Source: Schmidtea nova
Lineage: Eukaryota
DNA: 64,000 nt
Assembly: GCA_044892505.1 (NCBI GenBank)
Contig: CM097883.1
Span: 306,714,001 to 306,778,000 of the forward strand
Direction: 5' to 3'
Each line of letters starts with the position of its first letter. The stretch's first letter is position 1. A program made the translations under genes and the position numbers. The notes below the pieces were generated by a model, which worked only from the letters and a program-made list of their open reading frames with translations, was not told the origin of the DNA and ran no database searches. Positions 12,826 to 26,482 of the stretch are shown in pieces.

Positions 12826-13294
12826 GTGGTGTTTTTTGTAAATATCTAAATAAAATGCTTCGTTTGTTATTTATCTATCCATTTATACTGCACAAATCTG
12901 TTACACCATATAATGATGAATAAAACAAAATTATAATATAGAAATTGCAAACATTAACTTGTGATGTTATCGGTGTGCTAACAATGAATAACGCTTTTTA
13001 TTATGTGCTAATAAAAGGGTAGGAGAAAATCGAAAACAATAAAAAGACATTACATGTAAAAAATAGATGTTAATTTTATTTATTGCACCCAAAAATAAAT
13101 TTTACTTAAAAAGTTATTGTGTCTACTTTATTTTAATTGTATTAATTCCTGAAATGAAACCAAATTTTAAAGAAAAATGTTTGAAAAAAATATTTTTCAA
13201 CACTCCAGTTTCAGTTTTTGAGATAAAATGAAGAGTAGATATTGAACGTATTTTTTATTATATTATCTCATAAAATTTATTAATTTTATTTTAT

Positions 13295-13441
13295 TATGAG
13301 CATGGTGAACAAAATATCAACTATCCCAGTGCAGACGGGAAATGTAAATGTAGGCCCAAAACAAATCAGCAATTACATGTCGGGTAGAATTTGTTGACAA
13401 TAGCGATCTGTTTCCCTTAATATTCATCAATTTTTACACCA
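13295..13441 (+). repeat. ~147-bp duplicate of Fip1 exon 6 3' part + intron 6 (source 11778-11924)
   Basis: Near-identical run from atgagcatggtgaacaaaatatcaactatcccagtgcagacgg to ctgtttcccttaatattcatc. Confidence 0.95.
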
Positions 13442-15295
13442 TCTACCTCGCCCTTATTCCACATTTAACTGCAATCCGCACCCACATTCAAAAACAAGAG
13501 CCAACCCATTACAATTATTGTTTCCCCACAGCTGCCTCCATTACACCAACCTATATCCTTATACGTTTCAACAACATAATAAGCCAAATCGTTATTACCA
13601 CTGACCTTTACACCGACATTGCCGCCTTCCACATCGATAAAACTTCTTTTTACATACTATGTAACGGTTTCCGGTTTCCTCCGATCACCGAGGTACTACC
13701 AAATTTAATCATAGACATCCATTGTCGCATCCTAGGAGGTGTTCGTACTGCAGCAGAACCATCTTCCTCATTCTGTTTTTTCTAGTCCAAGACGGTACAC
13801 CTTCGTCGTGGTTTCGCATTTTCAAAGCCCACACGTCCTCCTACCCGAAATCACGCGCAGATCATCTCGACAGTTTACATGATGAATTGATATCGGAACT
13901 GGCACCCGAAATCGCTGACTCCCTAGACTCAGAGAATCAATACGAGAACAAAAGCACTCATAAGTTCCAAATACACTTTCTCACAGACACAAGCCCTGTA
14001 AAAAGTACTAGCACCCCAACGTTACGCAGGTCAACAACCGAGTCTATTTTTGGCAGAGATCATTCGCTCTAATGACACCACCATACCTGATATTTCCAAA
14101 AACACAGCTCTTTAAACACCAATTTCTTTCCGCACTTCAATTACACCTACAAACCTCTCTCGCTTTGGTAGACTCTGAAGACCCATACCATCTTGCTTAA
14201 ATAGACGATCGCATTCATGCACTTCAACCCCATAAACCGGCGCCGATATTTACACACCACCCTCATCATCTACCATCGAGAACGCAACACATACACTTGA
14301 TTACCCCTATGCTCGCAACGTTGATAGATATTCCAACAACACATCGCGGTCATATTATGTACAACATCCCAACCATATCACCGTCAAAATAGATTTTACC
14401 ACAACAGATTTAGACACCATGCTCAGAAATGCTGTATCGGTTGCGTGTCCAAATTACGTAAACGTCAGAAGCCAATCATCCCAATGTGCAATCAACATCA
14501 CCTCTACAAGAATGAAGCCAGATCGTTCCTTGACGGATGCACCTGGCGCATACGTGACGTCCATCCTTCAAAAAACTAACCCAGTCCTCCGACATTACTG
14601 GATGCCCCGATGACGTACCGCCAGTGAACTTTCTTTCTCGCAGCCAACCACGTCAAACGCACATACCATCAACTGTGCCAGCAAGCACTATCTCCAAAAC
14701 AACCGCTACCCTCTCCACAGTATTATTTTCTCACACGACACCATCACTAATTCCAATACCAGCACCAACACCAGAACAAGAACCAACCAGCACACTTTGC
14801 ACAACACTAGCAACACCAACAACAACATCACCCGACATACCACACAGAGCACCACTCACATCACTACCAGCAGCAACATTCACAATACCATCAGAAACAC
14901 CACTAACAATACCAGAAGCACCGCTCACCTTTTCCGACGACGAAACTCGCACAGACTACGCACACATTCTACCACAGCCGCCGCAAACCGCATCTTTGTC
15001 TCCACTGTCACCAACACTTATAGTCACCGCAAACAAGGCAACCCTAACTACACTAATTTTAACCAGAACTCCCGTAAACTTCACGATCAACGCCGAACTG
15101 TATGAAGAATACAGCCAGTACAAGCCACGCGTCATAACACTCCGTATAGACTCAGACTCGTCATATTCGATACTACCTACCACCTTCATCGTAGACACAC
15201 CTTGCTTGTCCTCCGAGCTAGACCCGAACGGTACACACATAATGCTCTCCGGTGCAAAAACAATCGGGTTTTGGCCTTCCAGGTTTTTTACTCCG
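13442..15295 (+). mobile_element. Second decayed copy of the small Ty3/Gypsy family (Ubl-gag to protease), 3'-truncated
   Basis: Colinear with 2150-3900 (minus): FYILCNG...HCRILGG, DGTPSSWFRIF, the CxxC gag motifs, a Pro/Thr-rich linker and a degenerate protease (RIDSDSSYSILPTT...NGTHIMLSGAKTI). Homology stops at ~15295. Confidence 0.88.
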
Positions 15296-15483
15296 ACCCT
15301 TGAATCCCGTTTTCGCATTTCACATTTTAAAATACTGTAATAAATTACATATATGTCTATAAAATTAAATTAAATATAGTTATGTATACAAATATTAATC
15401 AGTGTTGTTTAAATTTACAAAAAAAGAGGAGAATTAAAAAATAAACCGACATTTACAAAACTCAAAAGCAAAACAGCAGATTT

Positions 15484-16020
15484 AAAATAGCAGTTTTATT
15501 CAATATTAAGCATCAAGCAAATTCACATTCAAAATATCAGTTTTATTTAATATTAGGCAGCAAGCAAATTCAGATTCAAAATAGCAGTTTTATTCAATAT
15601 TAAGCAGCAAGAAAATTTAGATTCAAATTAGCAGTTTTATTCAATATTAAGCAGCGAGCAAATTCAAAAGCAGTTTTATTCAATATTAAGCAGCAAGCAA
15701 ATTTATATTCAAAATAGCAGTTTTATTCAATATTAGGCAGCAAGCAAATTCAGATTCAAAATAGCAGTTTTATTCAATATTAAGCAGCAAGAAAATTTAG
15801 ATTCAAATTAGCAGTTTTATTCAATATTAAGCAGCGAGCAAATTCAAAAGCAGTTTTATTCAATATTAAGCAGCAAGCAAATTTATATTCAAAATAGCAG
15901 TTTTATTCAATATTAAGCAGCAAGCAAATTTATATTCAAAATAGCAGTTTTACTCAATATTAAGCAGCAAGCAAATTCAAATTCAAAAATAGCAGTTTTA
16001 TTCAATACGAAGAAAGAAGC
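15484..16020. repeat. ~47-bp tandem satellite, ~11-12 units, with a 180-bp higher-order repeat
   Basis: Unit aaaatagcagttttattcaatattaagcagcaagcaaatttagattc. The shortened variant cgagcaaattcaaaagcag recurs at ~15655 and ~15835. Confidence 0.95.
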
Positions 16021-16649
16021 AATTCAAATCGCAACGCGCAGACATTTTTATTTAAATAAATGTTTATTTTTGATAGTAATTTATTTAAGAGTTACTACAT
16101 AGTGTTATTTTTAGAAGTTTTATCGATATCTTCGACCTGGAAACGATCAGGATCCGATTTCCTAATATAATATCTAGTCTAGAATTTGAAAAATAAAAAT
16201 TAAAGTCATAATCTTAACTTAATCTATAAGGTAAAATTAATATAATATTGGACAAACCTACACCGTTGTCGTTACTAAGGCCTCGTTAAAAACATTAAAA
16301 TATAAATATTCAAATTTTCAATACAATTTTCAATACAATTATAAAGGAAGATAGATATTAGAATTAGTATCCAGAGAGAGTTGTAATCTAACTTTTATAC
16401 ACAAAAATATAAAATTGCCAAAAAGCATAAACTTTAATAGTTAATAGGAAGACGGTGGATAAGCTGATTTTCCCCGAACTTAGCTCGTCTTTTACATGTT
16501 CCACCTCCGATCTGAGGAGTGATAATGTGGTGAACATAATCATCAAAGTTTGAAATTAGTTGTATGCTAGAGTGGATCCTTTGTTTGTCTGATTAGATCT
16601 TTAATTTTGGGATAAATGTGTAATAAATGTGATGTACCCCATTTAGACA

Positions 16650-17204
16650 ATGAACTCAGATCAAAAACTGGACTAGACTTTGCGCATGACCATCGAAAAC
16701 ACCAAGCATAATCAACGGGTTGACCTGCCTTTTGCCGATCTAGAGGCAGGGAAATCATCAAACGCGGAGGCATTACAAATCATGACCTCGCACATGGAGA
16801 AGTTCCGAGCCCGTCGCCACGAGATGGAGGCTACGTGGTCAAACAAGGAATGCGTCGATAAATTGAGGAAGCAAAATCAGATGCTGTTGCAGCAAACGAC
16901 AGAAGATTCCATGAGAATGCGTGCCTGTCGAGTAACCACCCGAGAGCAGGTAATTATGATAGCAAAGTTGCAGTCAGAAAGTGATATAATTTCTGCCGTT
17001 CTGTTGAAGACGTTTATCCCAACGCAGGAATTATTCCCAGTGAGGGTTGAGGAGGAAATAATGGTACCTCCTCAACCGGAGAAGGCCAAGGGCTGGAAGC
17101 CCAGCAAAAGTGTGAGGGCATGGCGAAAACGCCATCAGGAAGCTCGCTTGCTGGGAAAATTACGCAAAGAAACAATAGAGACGATAGATATAACACTTTT
17201 ATAA
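16650..17204 (+). pseudogene. Orphan coiled-coil / basic-tail protein gene with premature TAG (16674-16676); paralog of 63303-63875
   Basis: MNSDQKLD*TLRMTIENTKHN aligns with MNPIQQLEEIRTLLLDNARHN. Shared MEKFRAR, MEATWS.KE.VD.L.KQNQ, RACRV and QELFPVRVEEEI. ATG follows atttag-aca; AATAAA at ~17274. Confidence 0.75.
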
Positions 17205-17451
17205 CCCCATGATTTTGTTTTTGTTATTTTATTTGTTGTGACTTTATGTTTGATAATATTCTCATGTACACTCAATAAAAGTTTCTGTATTAATGAATTG
17301 TTTTCTTAACCTTAGAATGCATAACGAGACTGACTGATAATAAAAGATGAATATCTGCCGTAAGGATACTGAATGTGGAATGCTAAAATCAGTTTAATCA
17401 GTATAAACTTGACAAGTTATATGGCAATCTCAGTGAAGAGACAAAAATTGA

Positions 17452-17667
17452 CATTAAACCTTCTATCGGTAGCCCTTGGACCCAGGAGATTTTCGTTCAA
17501 TAATAGTTTCGAATTTTGACGCTCACTGTTTGCGAAGTCTCACCCATTTGTTGCATTACCAGCGTTACATTGTGACGAGCAACAAGATGGTTAATCAAAT
17601 GTCTTGTATGTTGAGTTGTTGATGTGATTATAGCAACGTCAAGGCCATATTGACGGTCAACAACCCA
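17452..17667. repeat. ~230-bp dispersed repeat, copy 2
   Basis: Same conserved blocks as 8405-8660. Confidence 0.85.
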
Positions 17668-19566
17668 TTAATAAGGAAACCCGCGTCAAGGACAATTGAA
17701 TTCAGCATCATGCCATTCAAAGACAGATTTGGTCTAAAAAAGCAGCACTGCAAAATGAGAGGAAAAAATGAATCTAAAAATCTGAAAAATTATTTTCAGC
17801 ATATACATCGCATTTTCTAAAATTCTGCAAAAAACGTATCTTAGTAGTGTTGGTGTGTTGCTGGTGCTTACTTTAGTTGTGTTAATTTGTATTCAAACTT
17901 GGCTATGTTTGCACTGCCACACTTAAAAGGTTTACTGCCCATGTACCCGTAAATACTCTCCACATATACATGTATATGAGAGGCGAATGAGGATCGGCAG
18001 GTGAGCAATTTTACAAAAACTACTCCCGTTACTATCATTTTCGCGGGTTTCCTATCAACGGATAAAAGGTCTTCACTTTATCCAATCTCACCCTTTGTCA
18101 CTGGTCACAAATTGTTCGGGTGCATTTTAACTCTCAATCTCTATGTGCAAAATTAATATACCCTTTGTGTTTATCTTAATATCATTTGAATTATATAAAA
18201 TATAAAGAATTAACTCGATAAAATTGTTGGGGTTGCCTGAACAGGCTTGAAATATAAAGTTAAAAAACACAAAAGCTATGTGCAAATAGATAAAGATACG
18301 AAAATTGGAAAAATTATAATTAATGTGCAATGTTTATCATTCATTCATTACAAACAATATAGCACCACTTTATAACTCTGTGAACAAGAAAAAATCAGTC
18401 GAATTCTTACAAAAATTTGCGTTAACTTCTTCGTCGTATTATCATTGTGAAGTTGGTTAAGTTTTAAGAGTCTTTCTCATCTAATATCGACAAGTCTAAC
18501 TATAAATTTTATCAATCCTTATGAATTTTAACATCATTAAATTGCTTAAATGAGGTCTATCCATGTTTAATTCATGATAAAAATTCTGATTTTATAATTT
18601 AATTTAATGTATTTTTTATCAATTTAAAAAATGCGCTTCTTACGTAACTCAGGTTATGTTGAAAGCGTTATATTTGTTGAATACGCGTTATGAATTTCAA
18701 TTTTAAGAATCACAACAATATTATTATTCAATTCTTATTATAGAAATTTATCCCTAAAATCTAAGTATTGATTTTTTGTTTAAATTTCTCAATTTCTTAT
18801 TCAATTTTTAGATTTGGATTCCTCCCGGTTTGTGTAACTCACCCTACCCCCTTTTATAACCTGGTTGCTAATCACTGTCCGCTGAAACATCTTACCCTCA
18901 TTCAATCCGCCATGATTCATTTAGTCTTTACAAAGTTTAGATCGTCCATGTACAATCTCACCCCTCCAGAAATATTACCCTTGTATGCCGCACCGGTCAA
19001 TGTTGCATCGGGAGGCCCATTTTCGCCCGTCAGGTCAGAAGACCCTCGGGACGTGCTCCTAATCAATTTAGTTCAAAAACATGTGAGAGTTAATAATATA
19101 CAAAATCAAATAACCAACAAAGATTTATACATTTATTTCCAGTTGAGTGTTCCAAAAATTCTCAGAGTTACACTAGTACACAAGATAAAATGGGTGCATA
19201 TCAATGAATTTGACTGCCGTATTTATTCCATTCTAGGTTGATGGTCAGCCAATCAGAATTCTTTTACTGCGTTAATAATGGTTGGTATTTATTTTTAAAT
19301 GGTTTTTAATGTACGGTCATCGATTATTTTCTTATTTAAGTTCATTCATTTAATTTATATTAATTCATTTTTTTCAGATTACTTTTTGATTTGTGACATA
19401 TTCAGGTGATGTTAATAGGGGAATAGTAACCGCCAAGGTTGCTCACCTGCCCTATTGAACTACAATGCTAGATGTATTACCAACATGACAAGCAATTAGA
19501 GGCGAGTCATATGCATCAGCGTGGGTGATGTTTTTATGTTGGCCAGGCTACCCTAATCTCAATATC

Positions 19567-20150
19567 CAGTAAAACCTGTGTTAATCCAACCAACAAACCA
19601 GTATTTTTCTCGTTTATCCTCACGAGAAGCAATTTTTCTACATTTTCTAGAAATGTAGCCGTTGCTTTGATAGTCGCATGACTCTTTTTGCTTCATCTAG
19701 TCCCCTTAATTCTTTTTTCTTCTTTAATATTGTGTAAATAGTCGATGTAGACTTATTATAAAATCTTGCGACGTTGACCACTCACATACCACGTGCGAGC
19801 TTCTCAATGATTTCTTTCTTAACTTCCACCGTAATCATTTTCTTCTTCTTATCACTTTCTTTTTCAACACTTCTTTTTGGGAGCCATGGTTACAGTACTT
19901 TTATCAAAAAATACTCATTAACCACGTTTAGAAAGAAAATAAACAATACTTTGTACGTATGTTGAGTAAATATGTAGAGCACACCGACACCGACCGACTG
20001 CAACCGAACGTGACGGTTGGTAGACATGCGAATACATGTTACTTGTATTACAAGACTTAGCGCGCTTATCAAGTTAAAATTTATTTTAAAAATTTGCTCT
20101 CCTTGTAAAATACTCGCAAACAAAGTCACTCGCAATCCAAGGTTTTACTG
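19567..20150 (-). mobile_element. Internally deleted Tigger/pogo-like DNA transposon (584 bp)
   Basis: Inverted termini CAGTAAAACCT at 19567 (+) and 20150 (-), with TA at 20151-20152. Carries the decayed HTH N-terminus KKMITVEVKKEIIEKLARGM*VVNVARFYNKSTSTIYTILKKK...EKLLLV. Confidence 0.85.
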
Positions 20151-21779
20151 TACTATAATATCAGTGATTATCCGGCAAATTGAACCTGCTCCAAATCGAA
20201 AATGTTATACAAGATTTTCTATATGTACCAATTTTTTATGATCAATAAAGTTTATAGTTTTCCGTTATGTTTTTGGCAATTGAGCATTGTTTTCCACGAT
20301 TGCTGACGATGGCATAGAGTAGGTGATAATCAATGATAACCGTAAATAATAACGAATCCTAACCAACATAAAGTTGAGGAAGGAAAACAAGTTAACCGAG
20401 AAATTTTTCTTTCTTGTTAAACTGGAAATCATATCAAAGTTTAAAATTAGAAAATTAATAAGCGTTTTTTTCTCGCATTCCTTACAAATTTTAGGTCACT
20501 AGCTATTAGAAAACCGTTGCTAGGTTAATAATGCCTCACTAAAATTTTTTAATTTAATTTATAAATTATTTATGTTTTTATTTAAATATTAGGAAAATTA
20601 ATTTTTGTTAATAATAGTACCAACTTACCTTGTCGAACAAATTGGGGATGTTAGCAAATAATAATATAAATTGAAAACAACAACAAATAATTTTTGAATG
20701 CTTCTAATGTTAACTTCCGAGATTATTAAGTTTTCTGTTTTTTTTTGATCCTTTGAAACTTGAGTAATATTGGACTGCGAAATCCACGAACTTTCTAACA
20801 TCACTCGGACCATTTTCGAATTAAATCTTAAATATTTAATGATAGATTAGGTTTAACATAATTGATGTTTTCTTTTATCCGAGAACCTTATCGAATCGAG
20901 TCTTTCGATAGAAGTGGTTGAATGGAAAGATTTCCACGCTTCTTTTATGAATAAAACGTACGAATACTCTTTACTTTTATTATTGAATAACTGGTTCCGT
21001 AAGGTTGATGTCTGCTTGCGGGTAAACTAAACTCCATACCTCTTGTTGTGATTTAGTGCGAATGGGAAATAGAGAATGGAACATAGCCAGTGTTAAAGGT
21101 TAATTTCCGATTGAATCGAGCAATATCATTGAATTGTGTAACCTTCAAACGATCCAAACTCACACCGACTTGTTAACCGAAGTAGTCAAGGACATTTCAC
21201 AGAGTATGTGTAGGTTAAACATTCGACTGTCCGATATGGAGGAGAAGACAGAGCCCAAAGTGATGACAGATAGGATGGAACAATTTCGAAACGTTTTTAG
21301 CAGTGAAATTTTAAAGAGATAAATTTGCTTAAAATCGTTTGAGAAAATTCTCGGAAGGCGAATCTCTCGAAAAATTTCTAGAAATCGTATCCGAACCAAG
21401 TGGAGAAGCTATTTGAATATGTAAGAACCATGAATTTTATGTTATGCAGGCTAGCAAATCATGCCATGTTACCCTGCTGTAGGTATTCTGATTTGATTTT
21501 TCCTTTTTATCCAATGTTTGATAAAGTATTATCTTATGGTAAAATATGTAATGATTATTATAATTTTTCTATTCAAGTTTTAATTTTTACTTTGATCATA
21601 TTTTCTCACAACCTAACATGCTTATATTGATATTCATTTATTTATCATATACATATACATATTTATATTTCTTTGTTATTAAAACTATTTCAATACGTCT
21701 GATGATGGTACACCTTGTTGTTGTACCATCATTAGTCATTTTGGTGAATTATCAGTACGTTGAAGTCCTTTCAACGTTC

Positions 21780-22745
21780 TTATCCATATTTTCATCGAAG
21801 TGGGCGCACACATCCAATCTCGCTTCATCTCATGCCTGGCTATATGAGGAGTAGTGGTTTGGCCAAGCGCAAGGCATGTTCAAAGTAATTAACGTCTAGA
21901 AACCTATTACATTTTTTTGAAATGCGATATGGTATTCGTAGACGCAAATGAATATTTTATTTATCATATTGTAGTTATTTTAATTTATATTAAATCACAT
22001 AGCTCTCACAACTACTTAAAAATGTGAACGTAATAAAATGAATCAAAAATAGACATTCGTTTCGTCAATCGCCTTCGCTCAATAAACGTTATCTTTATTT
22101 TACTATGAAAGAATTCGCAAAGTCGATCAAGAAAATTAAACGTATAAAAACTTGTAAATGAACACTAAAAGAGCAATCGTTGAATTTTTACTCGAAATCG
22201 TGAACCTTATTGATGAAAACTTCTAGGAATTGCATTAAGAATTTTGAATATTAATGATCGCGAAGGAACCAGCTTGAAATTTTTTATATGCCTTATTTTT
22301 AGAAACCCATATATGGAAATTAATTTTTGTAAAAATTTATAATTTTTTTTTTAATTTAATATATAAATTTTTTTAGATTGAATTTTTATTTAGATTGCGA
22401 AATTTTTGGATAAAATTTTACTATTGTTTGAATTTGTGGAATTTCAAATTTGATCATAAAAATAAAAATTTACTTTTATATATATTATATTACGTAAAAA
22501 TCAAAGTATAAAAATTATAAATCGAGATTTTCCTAAAATGTAGAATTATAAATCAAAACTTATATTAGAATGTAAATTATAAATTAAAATTTACTATTAT
22601 TATAAAATGTAAAAATCAGAAATTTTATTATTATATTAAAATTTTTTTTTATTTTATAAAATTCTAAATTTAAAATTTAGTAGAAAATTTTTTTTATAAT
22701 TGATATAGTTATTATCTTAATTCGAAAAATTATATTATATTATAT

Positions 22746-22813
<68 letters not shown>

Positions 22814-23700
22814 TTAAAATATAAAAATTTGAAATCGAAAAATTTATATTATAAAAATAAGAAATTTTAATTATTATATAACTTTGGACAAATTATAAAT
22901 TTAAAATTTGTAGAAAGGATTATAAAAATTATTATTATTTTAATTCGAAAATTATTTTACATATAAATATATATTATTTTATAAATACCCTCACGGTATC
23001 ACGAAAAAAAAATTTTACATCTATCTTTGCAAATCACAACATCCATTTCATCCATTGGTAACATCCATATATAATACCATACAAAAATTCATTCGAACAT
23101 CAACACACATACTATATCGTTTCACTCAATAGTATCTTACTGCATCAAACACCCATAAAATACACACCCAAAATTCATTTGATAACAAGTGTCTGCATCA
23201 TACATCCAGAATTTGCACAAGCATTCACATCCATCATTGAATTCCCTATTTCACCCAACAATCTATTCAACATACAATCACAACAATAGGACATGTATCT
23301 CAAACTTTTAATAGTATACATACACACAAACTTGCAATTAACAATCTACATCACACTTAAAATTCATACATCCATGCAATTTACACCATCTCATTCATTA
23401 TTAAATCACTTGCAGCATACCACATCCAGATAATCACTGTAAAAATTCAACTATCATACACTATCTTCAAGTTATTCCCAACTCCGGACAACCTTAAAAT
23501 GCTATTAGCAATTAGTAACACCTTACCGTGCAAACCATCTTAATTATGCCATCAGCAAGCCATTCATAACCTCAGACATTCATCCTACAGTACCCTGTTC
23601 GAAGTTATAATTGAATTTATTTTCCCTACCTATCAAAACGCATGCATAAGAATAATATCTCATTCACAAATAAAGTTCCTAGAACACTAATGAATTCACC
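21780..23700 (-). repeat. Copy B of the multi-kb dispersed repeat
   Basis: Inverted relative to copy A and direct relative to copy C (22380-23050 vs 60900-61480). PCAWPNH is encoded at 21854-21874 (minus). The C/A-rich tail alignment is loose. Confidence 0.7.
22731..22811. repeat. (TTATA)n/(TA)n microsatellite
   Basis: Read directly from the sequence. Confidence 0.97.
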
Positions 23701-23939
23701 GTACTATTTGTCGTTTAGTCTGAAAATTTCATTGTTACCATATTCTTTGCAATTGTGGATCATAATTTTCCTTTTTACTAATTTCATGCTACTTTTAGAC
23801 TAAAGTCTGAATTTGATAAGATTTATTAAAAAAAATAAAGAAACCAAATATCTCAAACCACTCACAAATCAATAATAAATTTAAGTTTCATTATTATAAA
23901 AAGAAAATTAAAATACCATAAGTAATTTTTATTCATTGA

Positions 23940-24330
23940 TATCATCGACAATAAACACAAATCAAGAAAATCCCAAAATTTCCAAACAAAATTGACGGCC
24001 TCCATTGGCGCATCTGCGGTGATGTGAGCATAGACACCTCCAACAGGGATTTTCTTGCGAGCTTGACAATGCTGGATTCCAACGCCACTATCTCTTTAAA
24101 GTTTTCTAAAATCAAAACTAATTAGATAATTCATCATTATTAAAGTTAACCTTTCAGTAGAATTGGCAGTCGTATTATCCATAGGATTGAATTTAGATCC
24201 TATGACATGGTTGAGGATCCACATCTGGTTCTGGATTTGCCGGCAGTACAGACCTTCCTGGTTCGAATGACCTTTAAAATAGTTATGAAATAAATTAATT
24301 TATAACACTTATCTTACCATTAGTATATTG
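23940..24330 (-). pseudogene. Possible spliced gene remnant of unknown product
   Basis: Two ~45-nt GT-AG intron-like segments (~24274-24318 and ~24107-24151) separate GC-richer blocks. They read ...GHSNQEGLYCRQIQNQMW...TE/RKL*RDSGVGIQHCQARKK with an in-frame stop. Confidence 0.35.
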
Positions 24331-24629
24331 CTTGAATTCCGTTTATTTTATTTTGTATATATTAGAAGATTCAAACAACGAATCTAGTTTTTTTTCCAAT
24401 AATATTATTATTTATGAAATAAAAATTAAAGTTTTAAATTTTTAAATACAGGATTAAAAATTATTCTTAGAAAATGGTTTATTTATTATTTATCATAAAT
24501 TGTAATATTAGCAAATTTAATGTTTTGTTAGTGTTTTTGATGTTTGGAATGATATATTTGGATGCAATAATAAATTTATAGTTATGTAGAACATTTATGT
24601 TGAATTGCCGATAAAATTTTGTTGAATGC

Positions 24630-24883
24630 TTATAGATAAATCATTGAGGAAGGGACAGAATGGGCATTAGACCTTCTATCGGAAGCCCTTGGACCCATGA
24701 GATATTCGGTCAATCATAGTTTCGAATTTTCGACGCTCACTGATTGCGAATACCCCCCCATTTGTTGCATTACCAACGTTACATTGTGACGGGCAACAAG
24801 ATGGTTATTCTAATGTTTTATGTGTGGAGTAGTTGATGAGAGCCATAGCAACGTCAAGGTCATATTGACGATCAACAACCCAC
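24630..24883. repeat. ~230-250 bp dispersed repeat, copy 3
   Basis: Same conserved blocks as 8405-8660. Confidence 0.85.
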
Positions 24884-25624
24884 CAAAGGGATTAAAGAAT
24901 GCCCCAGGAAAAGTCAAAAAATCAAATTTTTCCAAAAACAAATTAAACCCTGTGGCAATCCCCAGCAATAGAATAATTTGATTATTTTGTATAGAAAGCC
25001 TCAAAAGCAATTATCAAAAAAGCGATAAGCTGGAGTTCAGAATCTCCACTATAGTCGAACTTAAAAATTTGTAATTTTTAGTGATAAATCAAAAGCGGCA
25101 GAAACAAAGCCTAAACGAGAACTAAAGGTTAGAGTCAAGATCTAACCAATTTTTTGCGTATCAGAAAGGGAGATTTCCCATTGGGTTACCTAGCCTAACG
25201 CAAGAAGAGTGCAAAGACAATTTTGTAACTTTGTGTAATTAAAATTTGTGTTTCATAAATTTGAGAATAAAGATTATTGTGTTGGGTTTAATTTATTATT
25301 GTCAAAGAAAGAACACATGAGTCAGATATCAATCGACTATTCGTCAATAACCCAACACATGTATGTTTTGCAGGTATGTTAACTTTCACGTAGTTTTCTG
25401 TGTTGATTTATATACATTATCAAAAACAAAAATAAAACCGCAAATTGGACAAAATTCGATTGCCTGAGTAAAAGTCACTTTGGTACAAAAACGAACTTTA
25501 GATCTGAAATCAAATCTTAAAACTCTGATTCCCTCTTTATCCTTTTTTTGTGTTGTACAGTGTTGTAATTTAAATTTAATACCGAGGATCTATTTCAATT
25601 GTGGGCTACACAAATGTAATAAGA

Positions 25625-25930
25625 TCCTGTTTTCATAGTTTAAAAATAACTATAATAGAAGTGTGTAAACCTACATGTTACTCATAATTATTTTGTTTAG
25701 CCATCTTTAAAAAATGACTATCAGGTACGTCTATTTATCAAGATATCTTTTAAGGCTTTTATTTTGATCGTACAATGATATGAGGTTACTATAGAAGCTT
25801 TGAAAGATTATGTTTGTTCTACAATTTTATTTTTATTTAATTTATAAATAATTTTAGGAAATTATGATTTTTTAACGTTTTGGGAATTTACAATGAAAAT
25901 AAGTTAAAAATCATTTTGAACAAATATTTA
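25625..25930. repeat. ~300-bp local duplication (other copy ~27237-27500)
   Basis: Shared tatttatcaagatatcttttaaggctt.tattttgat..tacaatgat and agaagctttgaaag. Confidence 0.8.
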
Positions 25931-26482
25931 TAATAACTATCATTAAATAAGAATTTTATTTTTATTTCTGAATATATATTTTAGAATATACAAAGAAATG
26001 CATTTTTCATTGTCTTGTGCTTGTATTTATAATTTATTATTTCTTCCACTTTGTCTATCAAATAATAAATCTCTTAAACTGTGTAAAGTCAAAATTTAAC
26101 ATCAACGTAAGTTTTCATTTGATATTGGTTATTTTAAACTTATATTATAAAATCTCTTAATTTATAAAAATACGCGTAAGGTTTTAATGGCAATTTCATT
26201 TTGTCTATGTACCACTTTTGTATTACTGTTTATCAGTGTTAAGTACACATTATTGCAAGCCACAACTATTTATCACAGATTTCATCTTATTATTAAACTG
26301 AAATTATTCATTTTTACCTTAATTGGGCTGAAATAAACTTATTCAATATAAATAAAGTAAAAACAATAACAACAGAAATTAAATTATTGTAGCTAATTAA
26401 CAAAATTTCAAATTTGAATTTTAAATATCTGAATTAATATCTATCATTATTCAATATTTGAATTAACAAATTACAAAACAAA

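Noticed and set aside
12131-12841. ORFs 12131-12493 (-) and 12521-12841 (+) as separate genes
   Set aside because: They are off-frame or antisense readings of Fip1 exons 7-10.
14624-15340. Mucin-like Pro/Thr-rich protein
   Set aside because: It is the gag-protease linker plus degenerate protease of the decayed Gypsy copy.
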